A stretch of DNA of 64,000 nucleotides from Pelomyxa schiedti. Its lineage: Eukaryota; Protista; Evosea. The stretch is from contig JAHLWZ010000838.1 in the NCBI GenBank assembly GCA_020536535.1, forward strand, positions 23,765-87,764, written 5' to 3'. A program made the position numbers and the translations under genes. Below are positions 40,309 through 52,654 of the stretch, piece after piece (positions within the stretch are counted from its first letter, which is position 1; each line of letters opens with the position of its first letter). Below the pieces are notes generated by a model. The model worked only from the letters and a program-made list of their open reading frames with translations, did not search any database and was not told the origin of the DNA.

Positions 40309-42268
40309 TTAATCGGCGGAGCCAGTCCCAACGGTGACAACGTGGGAGTCGCTGTCAAAAGCAATTGTGGGAGGGTCCTTGTTGTTGACCCAGAACTTGT
40401 GGCCCCACGCCAATTTGATGACCGAGCACAGCACGATGTGCCACGCCACCCACACCGAGCCCAGGATACTGAACCAGATCTTGTCGTACAACTTCAGGTT
40501 GTCCGGGTCGATCAGGGAACACGTGGCATTCTCCACCACGATGAGGCCCAGAGTCGTGAACGCCACGATGATGTAGAACTGTATTGGTTTTGGGGAGGGT
40601 GAATTGTGGGATATACACGCATTGGGCACGTACATCGATAACAGTCAAATAGGATATTCGGGGTAAATACGCTGACGTGGCACCTTTGAATGCCACGGCC
40701 GTGAGCAAAAGTGTCAATGATATTGACAGCCGTGTCTGTTGTAATTGTTGACATTGTGGGTAGGATACATCAAGGATATGGGATTGGGATTGGTACTTGG
40801 ACGTCAGTTGGATCAATACACGCAGAAAGAAACCCAAGGGATATAATGAAGAACAAGGGTGACATTAGATTCCCAGCGTAAAATCCAGATCGCCTCTCCG
40901 CTTCTGTTTGAATACAAAACCCTTCTGCGTTGGTTGTGGGGTCAGGCCTGATTATTATAGTCAGCCAATTAATAGACGTTGAGAGATTGTCACTTGAGCT
41001 TTTTGATTCTGGGATTTGACGGAAACCCCGTGACCCACTCCACTTCGTCACAGTCACAATCGGCGGCACCAAATCCCATGTTATATTCAAATGTCACCTT
41101 CTGGGACTGGTTTGGAGTTAGTACTTTCCAATGCTGTGGAGTTCACACCTTTTGCTTTGTTGTGTCATGGCGTACAAGGACCCTAAACACATGCCTATCA
41201 AAAGGAAAGTGGCGCATCAGAAAGTAGTCCTCAAATGTTCCAGTGAGGATGATGGTATAAAATATCTTATCCCCTTCTCCCACGGTGATGAATTCGCTTT
41301 TTATTTCTGTACAGGAATGTAAGTGCAGCAAGCCAATCATAGTGCACTCTTTTACCTGTTAGAGTTGCATTTTCAAAGAATAAGACGGGTTTCCAGACTT
41401 TTTCGACATCCAGTTTGGCACCAGTGAGGCCACTCTCCGCGTGAGATTTTAAGGCATTAGCAATACCAAGGGACCCTATCATTGTGGACTGAATTGCCTC
41501 ATGGAATGATCCTTGAGTGCCTTCTTTTATATGGGATTTCTCCTTGCAAGAGCCGAACAAAATCCTGTCAACATCCCCCATGTTCCAGCTCATGACTATT
41601 ACCAAATGCAGTCCAAAGCAATGGTTGATCAAATCCACATCCAGTTTGGAAACCTTCACTTTGTTTATGCACACAGTGACATTTGCCTGTGTCTGTGGAA
41701 GCGGTGCTCCGTTGAGCTGATCTTTGATGATGTGTCTCTCGAGAGGGTCTGCAACTCCTACTTGTTCCAGAATCGCGTCATTTGTACCCCTGGAAATAAG
41801 GAAGAAGTTTCAGTCCCCAGGTAACAAAGGGAATATTAAACAGAATGAATATAACAGGGAGTCATACACATCGATGAGCTTCTTGAGGTCATATTTCGCG
41901 TTTACCAGACCAGTGGCGTGCCTCTCAAGGCCAAAATCCCAACCATCATCAACGTGTTTGAGCCATTCTCTCAGTTGTGCACCTGGCCAAACGATTATTC
42001 ACCACAATGAAGCTATTTGGTTTTCTTTTACTTTGCAGTTCTTTTTCCTTTTCATCGGCGGTATCGTCCTTGTCCACTAGTCAAATTCCTCGTCAGTAGA
42101 TACACAAAACCAAATGTGGTCCAACTTACCAGGAGTTTTTACATGGTGGCGATGACGAGACGACAGCTTCTTGTGGTGATGGTGATGATTGTGCCTGCGC
42201 CTCGTGGTGCTCGTGTCTCTTTCGCTTACTGCATCGTAGGTAGTGCTTGCGGTGTCTTGGGAAGACAT
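40309..42268 (-). CDS. Cys-less pentameric ligand-gated ion channel with N-terminal SAM-like domain
   Basis: beta1-2 VTVCINKVKVSKLDVDLINHCFGLHLVIVMSW; VWKPVLFFEN; GTFEDYFLMRHFPFD; ERRSGFYAGNLMSPLFFIISLGFL (M1); TRLSISLTLLLTAVAF (M2); LPRISYLTVID; M3 and M4 joined by a short loop. Confidence 0.88.
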
Positions 42269-42302
42269 GACTTGTTTTTGACTCCTTATTCTTATTTTTT
42301 TG

Positions 42303-42747
42303 GTTTTCGTTCTTGCGTTGCTTGAGATGACTTGGTGATTGTGTTTTCTTTGTTATTATTTAATATGTAACTTGGGTTTCGGTTTCCGGTTAAGAAGGCC
42401 CTCTGATCAAACGCAGGGAAAGCATGTGGCGAATATTCTTCACGTGGAGAGAACATCCCTTATCTGTACCTTTCTTCAGAGGTGGAATTTTCGGGAGAGG
42501 ATTGAGGAGATTTTTGAATCGGAACACACTTCGACAATCTGTCGTGGAAGGTTTCACTAAAATTCCACCTCTGAAGAAAGGTACAGATAAGGGATGTTCT
42601 CTCCACGTGAAGAATATTCGCCACATGCTTTCCCTGCGTTTGATCAGAGGGCCTTCTTAACCGGAAACCGAAACCCAAGTTACATATTAAATAATAACAA
42701 AGAAAACACAATCACCAAGTCATCTCAAGCAACGCAAGAACGAAAAC
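42303..42747. repeat. Perfect inverted repeat: 189-bp arms, 67-bp spacer
   Basis: 42303-42491 is the exact reverse complement of 42559-42747 by inspection. No target-site duplication outside the arms. Confidence 0.95.
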
Positions 42748-42754
42748 TGACAGA

Positions 42755-43317
42755 ATGCAAGTCAGAATGAACATCCACCTTCAGTTGAGGGTCTGCAATG
42801 GGTTTGGGGATGCAGTGAGGAATGGCATGAAGAGGTCACTCATCGAGTCCCTTGTCAAGCAGTCAAATGGTGCCATTAGGTCGGAGCTGGGCCCTCCTGG
42901 CTTCAGAGAGAGCTTCCCGAACAACGGATGGACTGGCTTCGACTACGTCATCGACGCTCCAATCATTGTCAACGTCGAGTATGTTGTTTTAGTCCTCAAA
43001 AAATGTTTCTGTTTTCTGACATAACTGTCCCTCCAGTGCGCTTCTGAAAGCAAATGTTGGGAGATTTGCAGGGCTTGGAAAGAAGCTCCTTGGCATCACT
43101 GGCAACGGTCCCATTGCGTCAAAAATACGAGACCAGCTTGATGCGGCAATCAGGCAGAATCTGGCTGAGGCTGACTGGACTGGCCTGAGTGCCTCCCTTG
43201 AAGGCTGTAATGTTACCCTTAGGTGAAGTTGTAGAATTTGCACACTCATAGAGTGCTTTGTAAGAAAGAAACTTTATTCCACATAAACTTGTTGTTGTTG
43301 GATTTTTCAGGCGTTAA
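42755..43317 (+). CDS. Hypothetical protein (~138 aa, 3 exons)
   Basis: MQVRMNIHLQLRVCNGFG...IVNV-DALLKANVGRF...GCNVTLR-R*, joined by two GT-AG introns. Confidence 0.6.
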
Positions 43318-43781
43318 AAACAGTCTCTCAGAATATGGTTCTGAGTCAAAGAATCACCAGGGAAATCGGTGCCGAGGTGAGGAGTGAGGAAGCTAGGTGT
43401 GATTGGGCGCCACGTTGGCCAACTCATTATGGCCATTCACAGGTGAGTCGAGGTTGTGAAATAATCAAACACATAACACATGATAACAACGACACTGTTC
43501 ATCCACGTATCTCACAGAGAACGTGAAGGGCAGGAATGAACGAACTGGGATGTTACTTTCCTTCCACTCCAGTGTTCAAACAGTGCACCAATGCGGTGTC
43601 GGTCATCGTTCCGTAAACGAAACAATAATCGACGTGGCAGAATTTCGGTAACGATAATGGGCATACCGAATGGTACGAAGAAACCAGTTCCATCTGTTAT
43701 TTTCCTTTCAAATAAGAAGAATGGAATTTGGTTTTTTCTCGATTTCAACCTGTTTGCCCACACAGCTCACAATAAATTGAA

Positions 43782-45077
43782 ATGACGACGGGCGCCGATA
43801 GCATCCCACACACGGAGCTGATTTCTTCAGCACAACAAACACTCACAACATCCACGGCAATTCAACAATGTCCTCACTTTAGCGTTGAGGAGGCTCCACC
43901 ACACACAGTCACCTCAACATCTGCTTCTGCTGTTATTAATACTAGTGCATCGAGCACTACAACCTGTGGGGCAGATATGGCACCTATTGAGATCTTGGAA
44001 GCTAGGGCAGTGCATGGGACTGTTGCTACTGAAAACTCTGTGTGTTCGAACTTATTTTCTATATTATTTGTCTTGGTAATTAACAGCAGTGCACAATTCA
44101 TTACTGGTTGTACGGCAATGGTCCCAAGCACATTATTTTCCTGGAAGGTCTGGATTGCCCACACTACGGATGGGAGGAGGTCAGGATTCCATCTTATAAC
44201 GTAATACTGTACTAATAGTATCCTGGTGTTCTGAGAGTAGTAGTAACAACAAATGTTATTTTTAGGGAATCATTTACTTCTCCAACTTGAGGGACCTTGA
44301 AAATGCAGATATGTTCACTGTACTGGGAATGGATAACAGAGGCGTAGGAAAGTCAACTTCGACACCCCGGCCCTACACAACGGCATTAATGGCCAGAGAT
44401 TGCGTCGCTGTTCTCACCGCCGTTGGGTGGTGGACACCCTCCCCTCCATCAAATAAAATCAACCTTGTTGGGTTCTCCCTGGGAGGAATGATTGCACAGG
44501 AACTGTTCTCAGTCAATCCAGACAAGTTTGAGACCCTCTCATTGATATCCACATCCCCCGGGGGGCCCCATGTATGGTCAGCACTCCCGTCTGCTTCCGG
44601 AGTTTACAATATGTTCATAATGACAATAGCTTCCGATCCAGAGAGCAAAAGAAAGCACCTGATCTCCATCATGTTCAGTGATGACTTTGTCGAAAAGAAC
44701 AAGGTTGCCTCACTTTTCCCTGCGTATCACTAAATAATTCACACAAGGCTTTCGTCTGGAAGAAAGTAACGAAACGAGAGCAATTGTGTGGAGAGAGCAA
44801 TCCTGTTGGATTCAAAGGGCAAGTGGATGCGGTGATGAGCCACAATTCTCTTGATTCACTTGTAAATGCTGTCAGGTCAGCACCCTCGGTCAGAGTTCTT
44901 GTATTATGTGGCACTGGGGATGTTGTGATCAATCCAAAGAACTCAAAGAAAATGGCTGCAGCAATTGGGGCTGAAAGATGCAAATATGTTGTTGTGCCTG
45001 GTGCCGGACATCACATTAAGGATGAATGTTCTGATACAGTCAACACTGAAATAAGAAAACTCATTCTTGGGGTGTAA
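43782..45077 (+). CDS. Alpha/beta hydrolase
   Basis: DNRGVGKS, YTTALMARD, nucleophile elbow GFSLGG, GTGDVVI, GAGHHI. Confidence 0.87.
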
Positions 45078-45122
45078 TGAACGAAAAAATTTTGTTTAAT
45101 AGTGTTTTTGTTATTTAATTTT

Positions 45123-47863
45123 TTACATGTGTAAAATCTGTGAAGCTTGGTGTGCCGTTGATCTTTGTCCAAAGTTGCCAGTGGTAAGTTTAGACACAAT
45201 TTCTTGTATCTGTGCTTTTGTTGTGGGAGGGCTTGTGTGGTTATCTGGTGTGATTACTGTTGGTATAGAGTGTAGGAGGATATCTAGAAGTGTTCCCACG
45301 GCAAAGGAATCAGCTTTTGCCCAGCATACTATGTCACCACATAATGCCTCGTCCACTTCAGGGGGCATAGGCAATTTTCCCCATCGGGGCTTTCCAGTGG
45401 GAATCGGTGCCAACATTTCCGATGTTGGACATATGATTGCCAACCCGTAGTCACTGAGGTGAATGTCACCATTGGAATCAACTACGATAGTCTCTGGATT
45501 CAAGTCTCTGTAGAATGGTGGGAGGTGGGAAAGAGATGATGGGGAATTTTTACCTGTGAACAACTCTGCACTCGAGAAAAATTCCAACTACGGAAAGCAT
45601 CTGTTCAGTGATTTTCAGCAGTAAAGTGTCAGAGCATCCACGGGAACAGGTTGTGGCTAGTGTGATTCCAGCATGTGGTAACACAACACAAAGATTCAAG
45701 TTATGAATTTGTTCGCGGTAAGCTGGTCTATCATCCGGAATTTGTTGGATCCAATTTTCGGAAGGTTTGTGAACAAATGCTTGTATCGGGTAGTTGACGA
45801 GTGGAATTGGAGGAAGTGTGTGGATGACATCTAACTGTTCCCGGAATGATGATACTTCAAAGAAGAATTTTATACACACACCTGCTCCACTGTTAGTGGA
45901 TGCAGTGAAGGTGACCTCGCACGGGTCCCCTCCTAGAACTTGATTAGAGATTGGAATAAGGGAGGACTATTACCCAGAAAACATATTTTGCTAAGGTTCG
46001 ACATATTATCGTGTATTGGAATATAAAAAGCCTTTAGGTACTTAATTCCCAAGTATTCAACAAATGTTTAGAGAATACCGAAATTTTATTCGAAAATGTC
46101 CAGCATCTTATTCTAGCCAGTAGATAAAGCGTTACAAAGGGTGGTAGTTCTGTAGAGGATTGAATGATGGCAGATCCCTCGAGAAAGAAGTCCAGCCCCT
46201 TGCGGAGGAAAGACTTCGCAGAACTTTCGTCGGACGATCTTGCAGCCAAAGTCAATAGCACATCTGTACACTTTACAAGACACAGGCAATATATAAAGTC
46301 TTGAGAAGTAGTACAACTTTCAAGCATAGAGTCTAAAATTTGAGATATCCTCTCGAAATCAAACAGAGCACCTGAGAGAAGTCCTACCGAGAGTTGCAAT
46401 AAAAATTGCACTTCTGGGTCATCTGTTACAGCTCGTGCTCTGAAGAAAAAATCTCTTGCCGATTGTAGATGAGTCGGATTATCCTCAATAGTCCATAATT
46501 TCAGAAAGTACTCACCCAGATATTGCAAGTATGGAAAAGGAAAATCAGATGGGCAAACAGCCATCACTTCCATGGCTTCAGCAATTGCCTGCTTGATTTC
46601 ATCCACGGTGTTGGAAAAGGAATGGATTTGAGAGAGCATCCACTTGATATAGACAAACATATCAATAAATTTTCTGGAGCAAAATTTTGTGCCTTCCATT
46701 AGTGTGTCCACTGCCAGGGTGTAGTATGTGATTTCTCCTTGATCTAAGTACTGAAAGCAATACGTTTCCCCAATCTCATAAAGTAAGGAAGACTTTTCCT
46801 TATTCGGACTTGTGGCTAACAGACACTGGAAGAGTTCCACAGCCTGTTGGTAGAAAGACTTCGATTCACTTCCCAGAGACAAAGTACTGTATAATCTTCC
46901 TATTTCTTTGAGGCACTTGGCACGTAGAAACGGGTCCAGCTCCATGAAAGACAAGCACTCTTTTAGGTTGCTGACTGCGGCCATTATGGTGTCAAAAGAA
47001 AAAACGAAGCGTGGATGTAAAGAAGCCAAAAGCATGTGTGCCTTGTATTTTACCATGGGAGTCCCTTGATCACTGAGAGAAAGCTGACAGTTTGAAATTG
47101 CCATTCCATGTTTTTCAAGTTGCAACTTCTTGCCTTCCGCCCTCTTGGACCATTTTGCAAAAACATACGCAACCTTGTAATGCAAATGTGCCCGCCTGTC
47201 ACTTTGCTTCTCAAACTTTAAAGCCTCACCAAAAGCCGCGGCTGCCCTCTCCAGCAAGTAAATCCCATAATCGCCACTCCGCGTCCCTTCGCCGTTCTTT
47301 ATCTCCACCGCATCACCCGGGCTCCCATAATCGCCAGCAGCCCTGTGGCTCCGCCACACCTTGAGGATATTTTTCCCCAGAGACTCCTGAAGCCCGGCGA
47401 AGTACGCCGGCACACACGCCGGCGTCGCCAGGAGCCCAATGGCATCCCCTAAGTGCGAACACGCCACCGCCAAGTCGCCCCTCTCCCGATGCAATTTAAA
47501 AAGCGCCACGTAGCACCTGTGCATCTGCTCCTCAATGCACGTGCCAAACGCCGTCCTCGACGACGCCGACGCCGAAGCCGACGCCGAGGACGGCGGCGTC
47601 GGGGCGAAGATCTGGAGGAGCAGTGGCTTTGTCGACGACGAGTCCTTTAGGACCGAGAGGATCGCCAGGGACTCGTGCAGCGCCTGCATCACGTCGACGT
47701 ACCCCAAGTTGGGTGGCGACGGGGCCGGCGCCAGCAGGTCGGCGCCAGGCGTCGACGTCGACGTCGAGGGCAGCGCCGAGTCGAGCAGCGAAGTGGCCTT
47801 CTGGAACAGATCGATGTGCTGCTGCACCTCCTCCTCGTCCAAATACGTGTCTTCGTCGTCCAT
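45123..47863 (-). CDS. TPR-like helical protein with C-terminal protein-kinase-like (probable pseudokinase) domain
   Basis: 610-aa helical-repeat exon, then LCVVLPHAGITL (hinge), YRDLNPETIVV (catalytic loop), LSDYGLA, MPPEV, KADSFAVG. Confidence 0.75.
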
Positions 47864-48017
47864 CACGTTTGGTTTTTTTTTTTTTTTTGTTGTTGTGCTT
47901 TTTGGAAGATGGACCGTTTTGGAAGAATCTTGGGATCTCGTGGGAAGATGATGGGTTGGTTTTTCTTTTGCAATTTTAAGCAGCCTGGGCTAGCTACCCA
48001 ATAGCATCACTTCTCAA

Positions 48018-50121
48018 CTAAAATTGCCACATGTCTGTAGTTCCAAAGAATGTGATACTGTCTTGGATTGTGTCTGCATTGGTGCCTTCCCAGTCAATGG
48101 GTGCGAGGTGGGAAAGGCAAGTGGTATCAACAGTGTTGGTTTCATAGCCTCCTAGAAGCCAGCTGGCTAAAACCTGAATGCCACATGGTGTGTCACTGTT
48201 AGTGACCGGAGAGTAAACAAGAGAGCCGTGTGTTGAGGTGTCCAGCATCACAAACTGTGCATTTTTGAGTATGGATTTGGGTGTGTATTAGAAGCTTTTA
48301 ATAAATGTACTTTGGCTAACGGGGAAGAGGAGAAATAGTGCATCCACAGATCAGAAGGCCAATATACGGGGGTTGCTGGGTCCAGATTGCCGTTTAGCAT
48401 GAGTAAAGGAAGGCCATCCACCTTTTAAGGTCTTGTTAACAAACAAACAGAAAAAAACCCAGATGCACAAAAAGTGTAAAAAGGTAACTTACATTGGGCA
48501 CTTTTTGTGTGTAGCCATCAAGTGGGTATCGATTCCAGAAGTCATACCAAACTCGTACCTGCACAAAATGAGACTAGAGTATGCAACAAAAAAACCTTGT
48601 AGTTCTTACCTCCACCTCAGCAAAAGTAGCAAAGTATAAACTCATACTTTGTTCCGCGAGTGTTTTTGCATCAGGAGGTGTATCAAACGACAGTAGTTCA
48701 CTTGTCTCGATGTTGATGAGTAGCAACACATTGTCTGCCGGAATTAAGGGTTCGTCACCAATGTTCAACCCCCCGCCACCAACTGGATTGGAGCATTAGG
48801 ATAAAAAATAGACGAAGGGAACAACTAAGTTTCATCAGGTGGTTCAATGCAGCAATGTCATCGGAATTGCAGCGATTTATTCTAAATACGGTAGGTGGAA
48901 TTAAAACACGAGCAACTTCATCCTCGAGAATAGTTGCAAAGAGCATTTCCAAACCCTAGAGGCTAGTGAGCAACCCAAAGTACAGAAACAAACTTTTACC
49001 ATATGCTTATTTTCCGCAAAAGGTGGAGGAAGTGGTTGGGTGAGTTTATCAAAACAAGTTGGTTCCCCCTGTGATAGAGCGTCGAATAGCTCTTGCATTT
49101 TCTGATAGGCGCAAGTGCCATCAAAAGCTGCGGAACAGAAAGTATCTGAGTCGCATCTGGCCATAAATACTCGCCCAATGTTGTTGAAATGCACATCATA
49201 ATCTATCCCTTCCATGTGCGTAGGTGAAACTACACCATCAAGGGTAACACTGAGGGGCCGGTCTTCAGTGCTATTGAATATAAGAAGGAAACGCTGAATT
49301 AGAAGAGTTCCTTCAAAAAGTGAATTCAAATTTTGTAAGGAATGAAACATGCATTTACCATAAGAAATTCCATAGAGATGCTGCTTTATACCGGGGCCAG
49401 AATTCATTTTGAGTAAGAAATTAATGTCTCGTGCGGCATTGCTAATGGTGAATTGATGCAAATTGTCTCCCATGACTTCATCCAGGTATGTGGTGCACTC
49501 CACCACGTGTGCCATATCGGGATTAGGGCAGTAGAGAGGAGTGGAATACCTGTATACAACAAGAGATAAGAAGGGAAAAACGGACAAAGTTTTGTTGAAG
49601 CATACCCAGTGCCCCTGTGATCAGGGAAAATGAGCTCAAACGTTTCATCAAGTGCGTCCATCAAATCCCAGTTGATCATTGAATTGAGCAGTGGCTCTCC
49701 AGCCTCACCAGGACCTCCTGCAATCATCCACAGCTGAGAAGTGAGCTTTGGGCTGCTACTGAGGTTTGTGAGTTTGGTGACAAACAGAGAAATATCTCCA
49801 GCGCTTGGATTAGAGTAATCCAAAGGTGCCGTAACATTTAGGCACATAATATCCCACTTTTTGCAAGATTAAAATAGAAGCCCGAAAGAATATGACTTTA
49901 CTAGTACACTATTTCATTCTTCTCTTAAACTAGGTGTTGGATACTTGAGAGGCTTTTGGTGAACTGAGTATCAGTTTCAACAGAGGGTTTTTCAGTTCAA
50001 CTCCAGGGCACCTTACCAACAAAATAGTCAACATAGTGAAGGACTTGTTGGAACAGTACAAGAACCAATCTGAGGCCCAACAGCAACTAATAACAACAAG
50101 CAACAGCCCTAAGATCCTCAT
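48018..50121 (-). CDS. Secreted S33/TAP-like serine peptidase (alpha/beta hydrolase)
   Basis: Signal peptide MRILGLLLVVISCCWA; CLNVTAPLDYSNP; AGGPG; DHRGTG; AARDI; GISYG; LDGV. Confidence 0.82.
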
Positions 50122-50389
50122 CACAGATGGCACTTTTTGAAAAAAATAGGCAAAAAGGCAAATTTGAACGAGCTTCGGGGTCAAACTGCCCCAACACCCC
50201 TTTTTGATGATTTGATGTGCTGCCTGTAGTGTCAAGTCTCATGTGGAGGACCGAGACTCAGCACACGAGATGTCCCTCCGTGTAATGATTCCCCATCGGT
50301 TTTACGTCTTTGGCACTCGTTGCCTGCAGGGTTGTCTGAATCTCACAGCTTTGTCAGAAATCATTTCCGGTTAAAAACCAAGGGGTAGG

Positions 50390-52589
50390 ATGCAGGAAGT
50401 TGTGTCGCAGGTGCTATGGAACGGACGCGTGGCTGACGTGGGTCTGTCATCCATTATGCAGGAAGTCACCATTTTGCACACGAATGACTTGTATGTTGTT
50501 TTGTCCCCCGGAATGAAATACAGCGTGCAATGATTGATACGCTCCGCAGGCACGGTGACTTTGTGCACCCTGGGGGAGGTGTTGCGTATTTGTCAGGTTA
50601 TATACAAAAAGTAGGTTTTTTTTCCTTTTTTGCCTTGTTTTTTGCTTGACTTAACACAGCTTCGATCCACTTTGGATCACGATGTAATGTATGTGATGGC
50701 TGGTGATATGCTTCAAGGAAGTCCTATAGATAGGGAGTTCAGAGGGGTGTGTACAGTAGATCCGTTACTGTGTAATACAAACCATGATCCTTTTTAGATT
50801 TCAACAACGGAAATTGTAAATTTTCTTAATCCGGTATCCTGCTCCATTGCAGCCAGAAAAAACTCAAATTGACAAAAAAAGGTTGTTGGATGCATTGGTA
50901 ACCATGAAATAGATTATGGATTACCAAATCTTCTTTGGATAGAAAAAGTATCTTACAACAGATAAAGGAAAACAACAAACATACACAAACAGCTGGCCAA
51001 CTTCCCTTTGATATGTGCAAATATGTATATTAAAGGCACCACTCGCAGACTCATGCGCTCTCACTATTTTCAGCCATTTGTTTCTGGCTTTGAGGTAAGG
51101 CAGAACACGCAACCCAATTAATTTCACTGCCCCTTTGCAGATATTATTTGTGGGACTTGTAACAAAAGATCTTCTACAAAGTCTCAAAGTCGATAGAAGT
51201 ATATACGACAAAATTGAAATCAAAGATCCTCTACCTGAGGTACTAAAAGCTATTAATTCCTTCCGAAGACGACGGTGTGTATTTGAGTGTACCAAATTAT
51301 TGTCTAACCGAAGAAGTTCTCCAATTGTCATTATTCTCTCCCACCTTGGGCTGGAAGAAGATATCACTCTTGCTAAGGCACTCCCTCCAGGGACAGCACA
51401 GTTTATTATTGGCGCACATACTCATACAAAACTTACTGTACCAGAGGTTGTAAATGGTGTTTGTATCGTGCAAGCCGGCTGTGGGTCAGGTACCGACTGA
51501 ATTTTTTTGGTGATGGCAACCTTACACCCCTATCCTTTGCAGCTCAAGTCGGAAAACTCCATGTGAGATTTGGAATCGATCCAACAAACTATCATTACGA
51601 CTGGGAATGCGTTCCAATTGATGATACTTCGGCCCCTATTGACAATCACTTGCATCAGATCCTTCAAGGTGGTTTACTTATCTTCTTCAAAAGGATTCAC
51701 ACAAATCAGATTTTGAAACAGATATTTCTGAAAAACTCAACACTGTATGTCTTATGAAGAAGTGTATTTTTTTTTTTTTTAAACAAAATCAACTCAAGGT
51801 TCTGTGTACACTCAAGACTCCATTGACCTGCCCCATGCGACAGCTTCCAGCTGACAGCATGGATGTGGAGTGCTCGATGGGAAACTTCTTTTGTGGTACA
51901 ACTTCTCCTCCCAGCGTTGCTTAGATCCACCTGATCTTGGTTAGATTTAGTTAAAGTAAGAGCAGAAGTCGATTTAGTTTTGATTAACTCTGGCTCATTT
52001 CGAGTACCATCAATTGGTCCCACCATTACCCCAGCTGCCCTTGTCACTGCTTGTCCGTATGTTTAAATCTTGAATTTATCAACTAACCAATTCGCTCATT
52101 TAGGTTTTTGGACCAACTTCCAACACACATTTTTACTGGGGCACAACTCTGGACGGCGTTTGAATACTTCATGGGAGGATACCTTGATAAAGCACATAAA
52201 ACTTTCCAGGTGACATTGCAAATGCAATTTTCACAAAGAGCTCATTTTCACAATTCAGGTGAGCCAAGGATTCAAAGCTGTCTACAATGCAACTACCAGA
52301 AAACTGGTCTCTTTGACCTTCAATGGTAACCCTGTAGCAGAAAACCTGACATTCCAAGTATTTCCAAGCCGGATAGATGAAAACGAATGACCTCATCAAA
52401 AAGGTGTTGACCACTCTGTATACATATGACAACCGAGACCAAGCTCTCGGCCTAGACCAGGCTTTTCCACTCCCTCATTGTCACACCTGCGTTGAAAAGA
52501 CTTCTATAACTGACACTGTTATTGAAGTTCTACGAGGAACCCACCCGACCGTACCAGCCGTTGAAGGCCGTCTCACCTACATCACCTAA
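50390..52589 (+). CDS. 5'-nucleotidase / UDP-sugar hydrolase family
   Basis: TILHTNDLHG (spliced), AGDMLQGS, GNHEID, LSHLG, IIGAHTH, IVQAG, FGGDG, C-terminal GRL. No signal peptide is evident. Confidence 0.88.
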
Positions 52590-52654
52590 CACCTCCTCAT
52601 TCACTTCTCTCTGGAACAAATCAAATTCATTCCAAAAAGAAAACCAATAAACAA

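Noticed and set aside
40735-40795. ATATCCTT inside a pLGIC intron as a possible AT-AC intron
   Set aside because: No AC acceptor restores the frame. The GT-AG intron gives the correct DVQ-TRLS M2 junction.
42390-42500. CGTGGAGAGAAC and AATTTT motifs in the palindrome arm suggesting U5 snRNA
   Set aside because: The invariant U5 loop 1 is absent, and no other snRNA signature is present.
50230-50340. ATGAT...CTGA with small hairpins between divergent genes as a possible snoRNA
   Set aside because: The C box is degenerate (ATGATTC), there is no terminal stem, and I recognised no rRNA-antisense guide.
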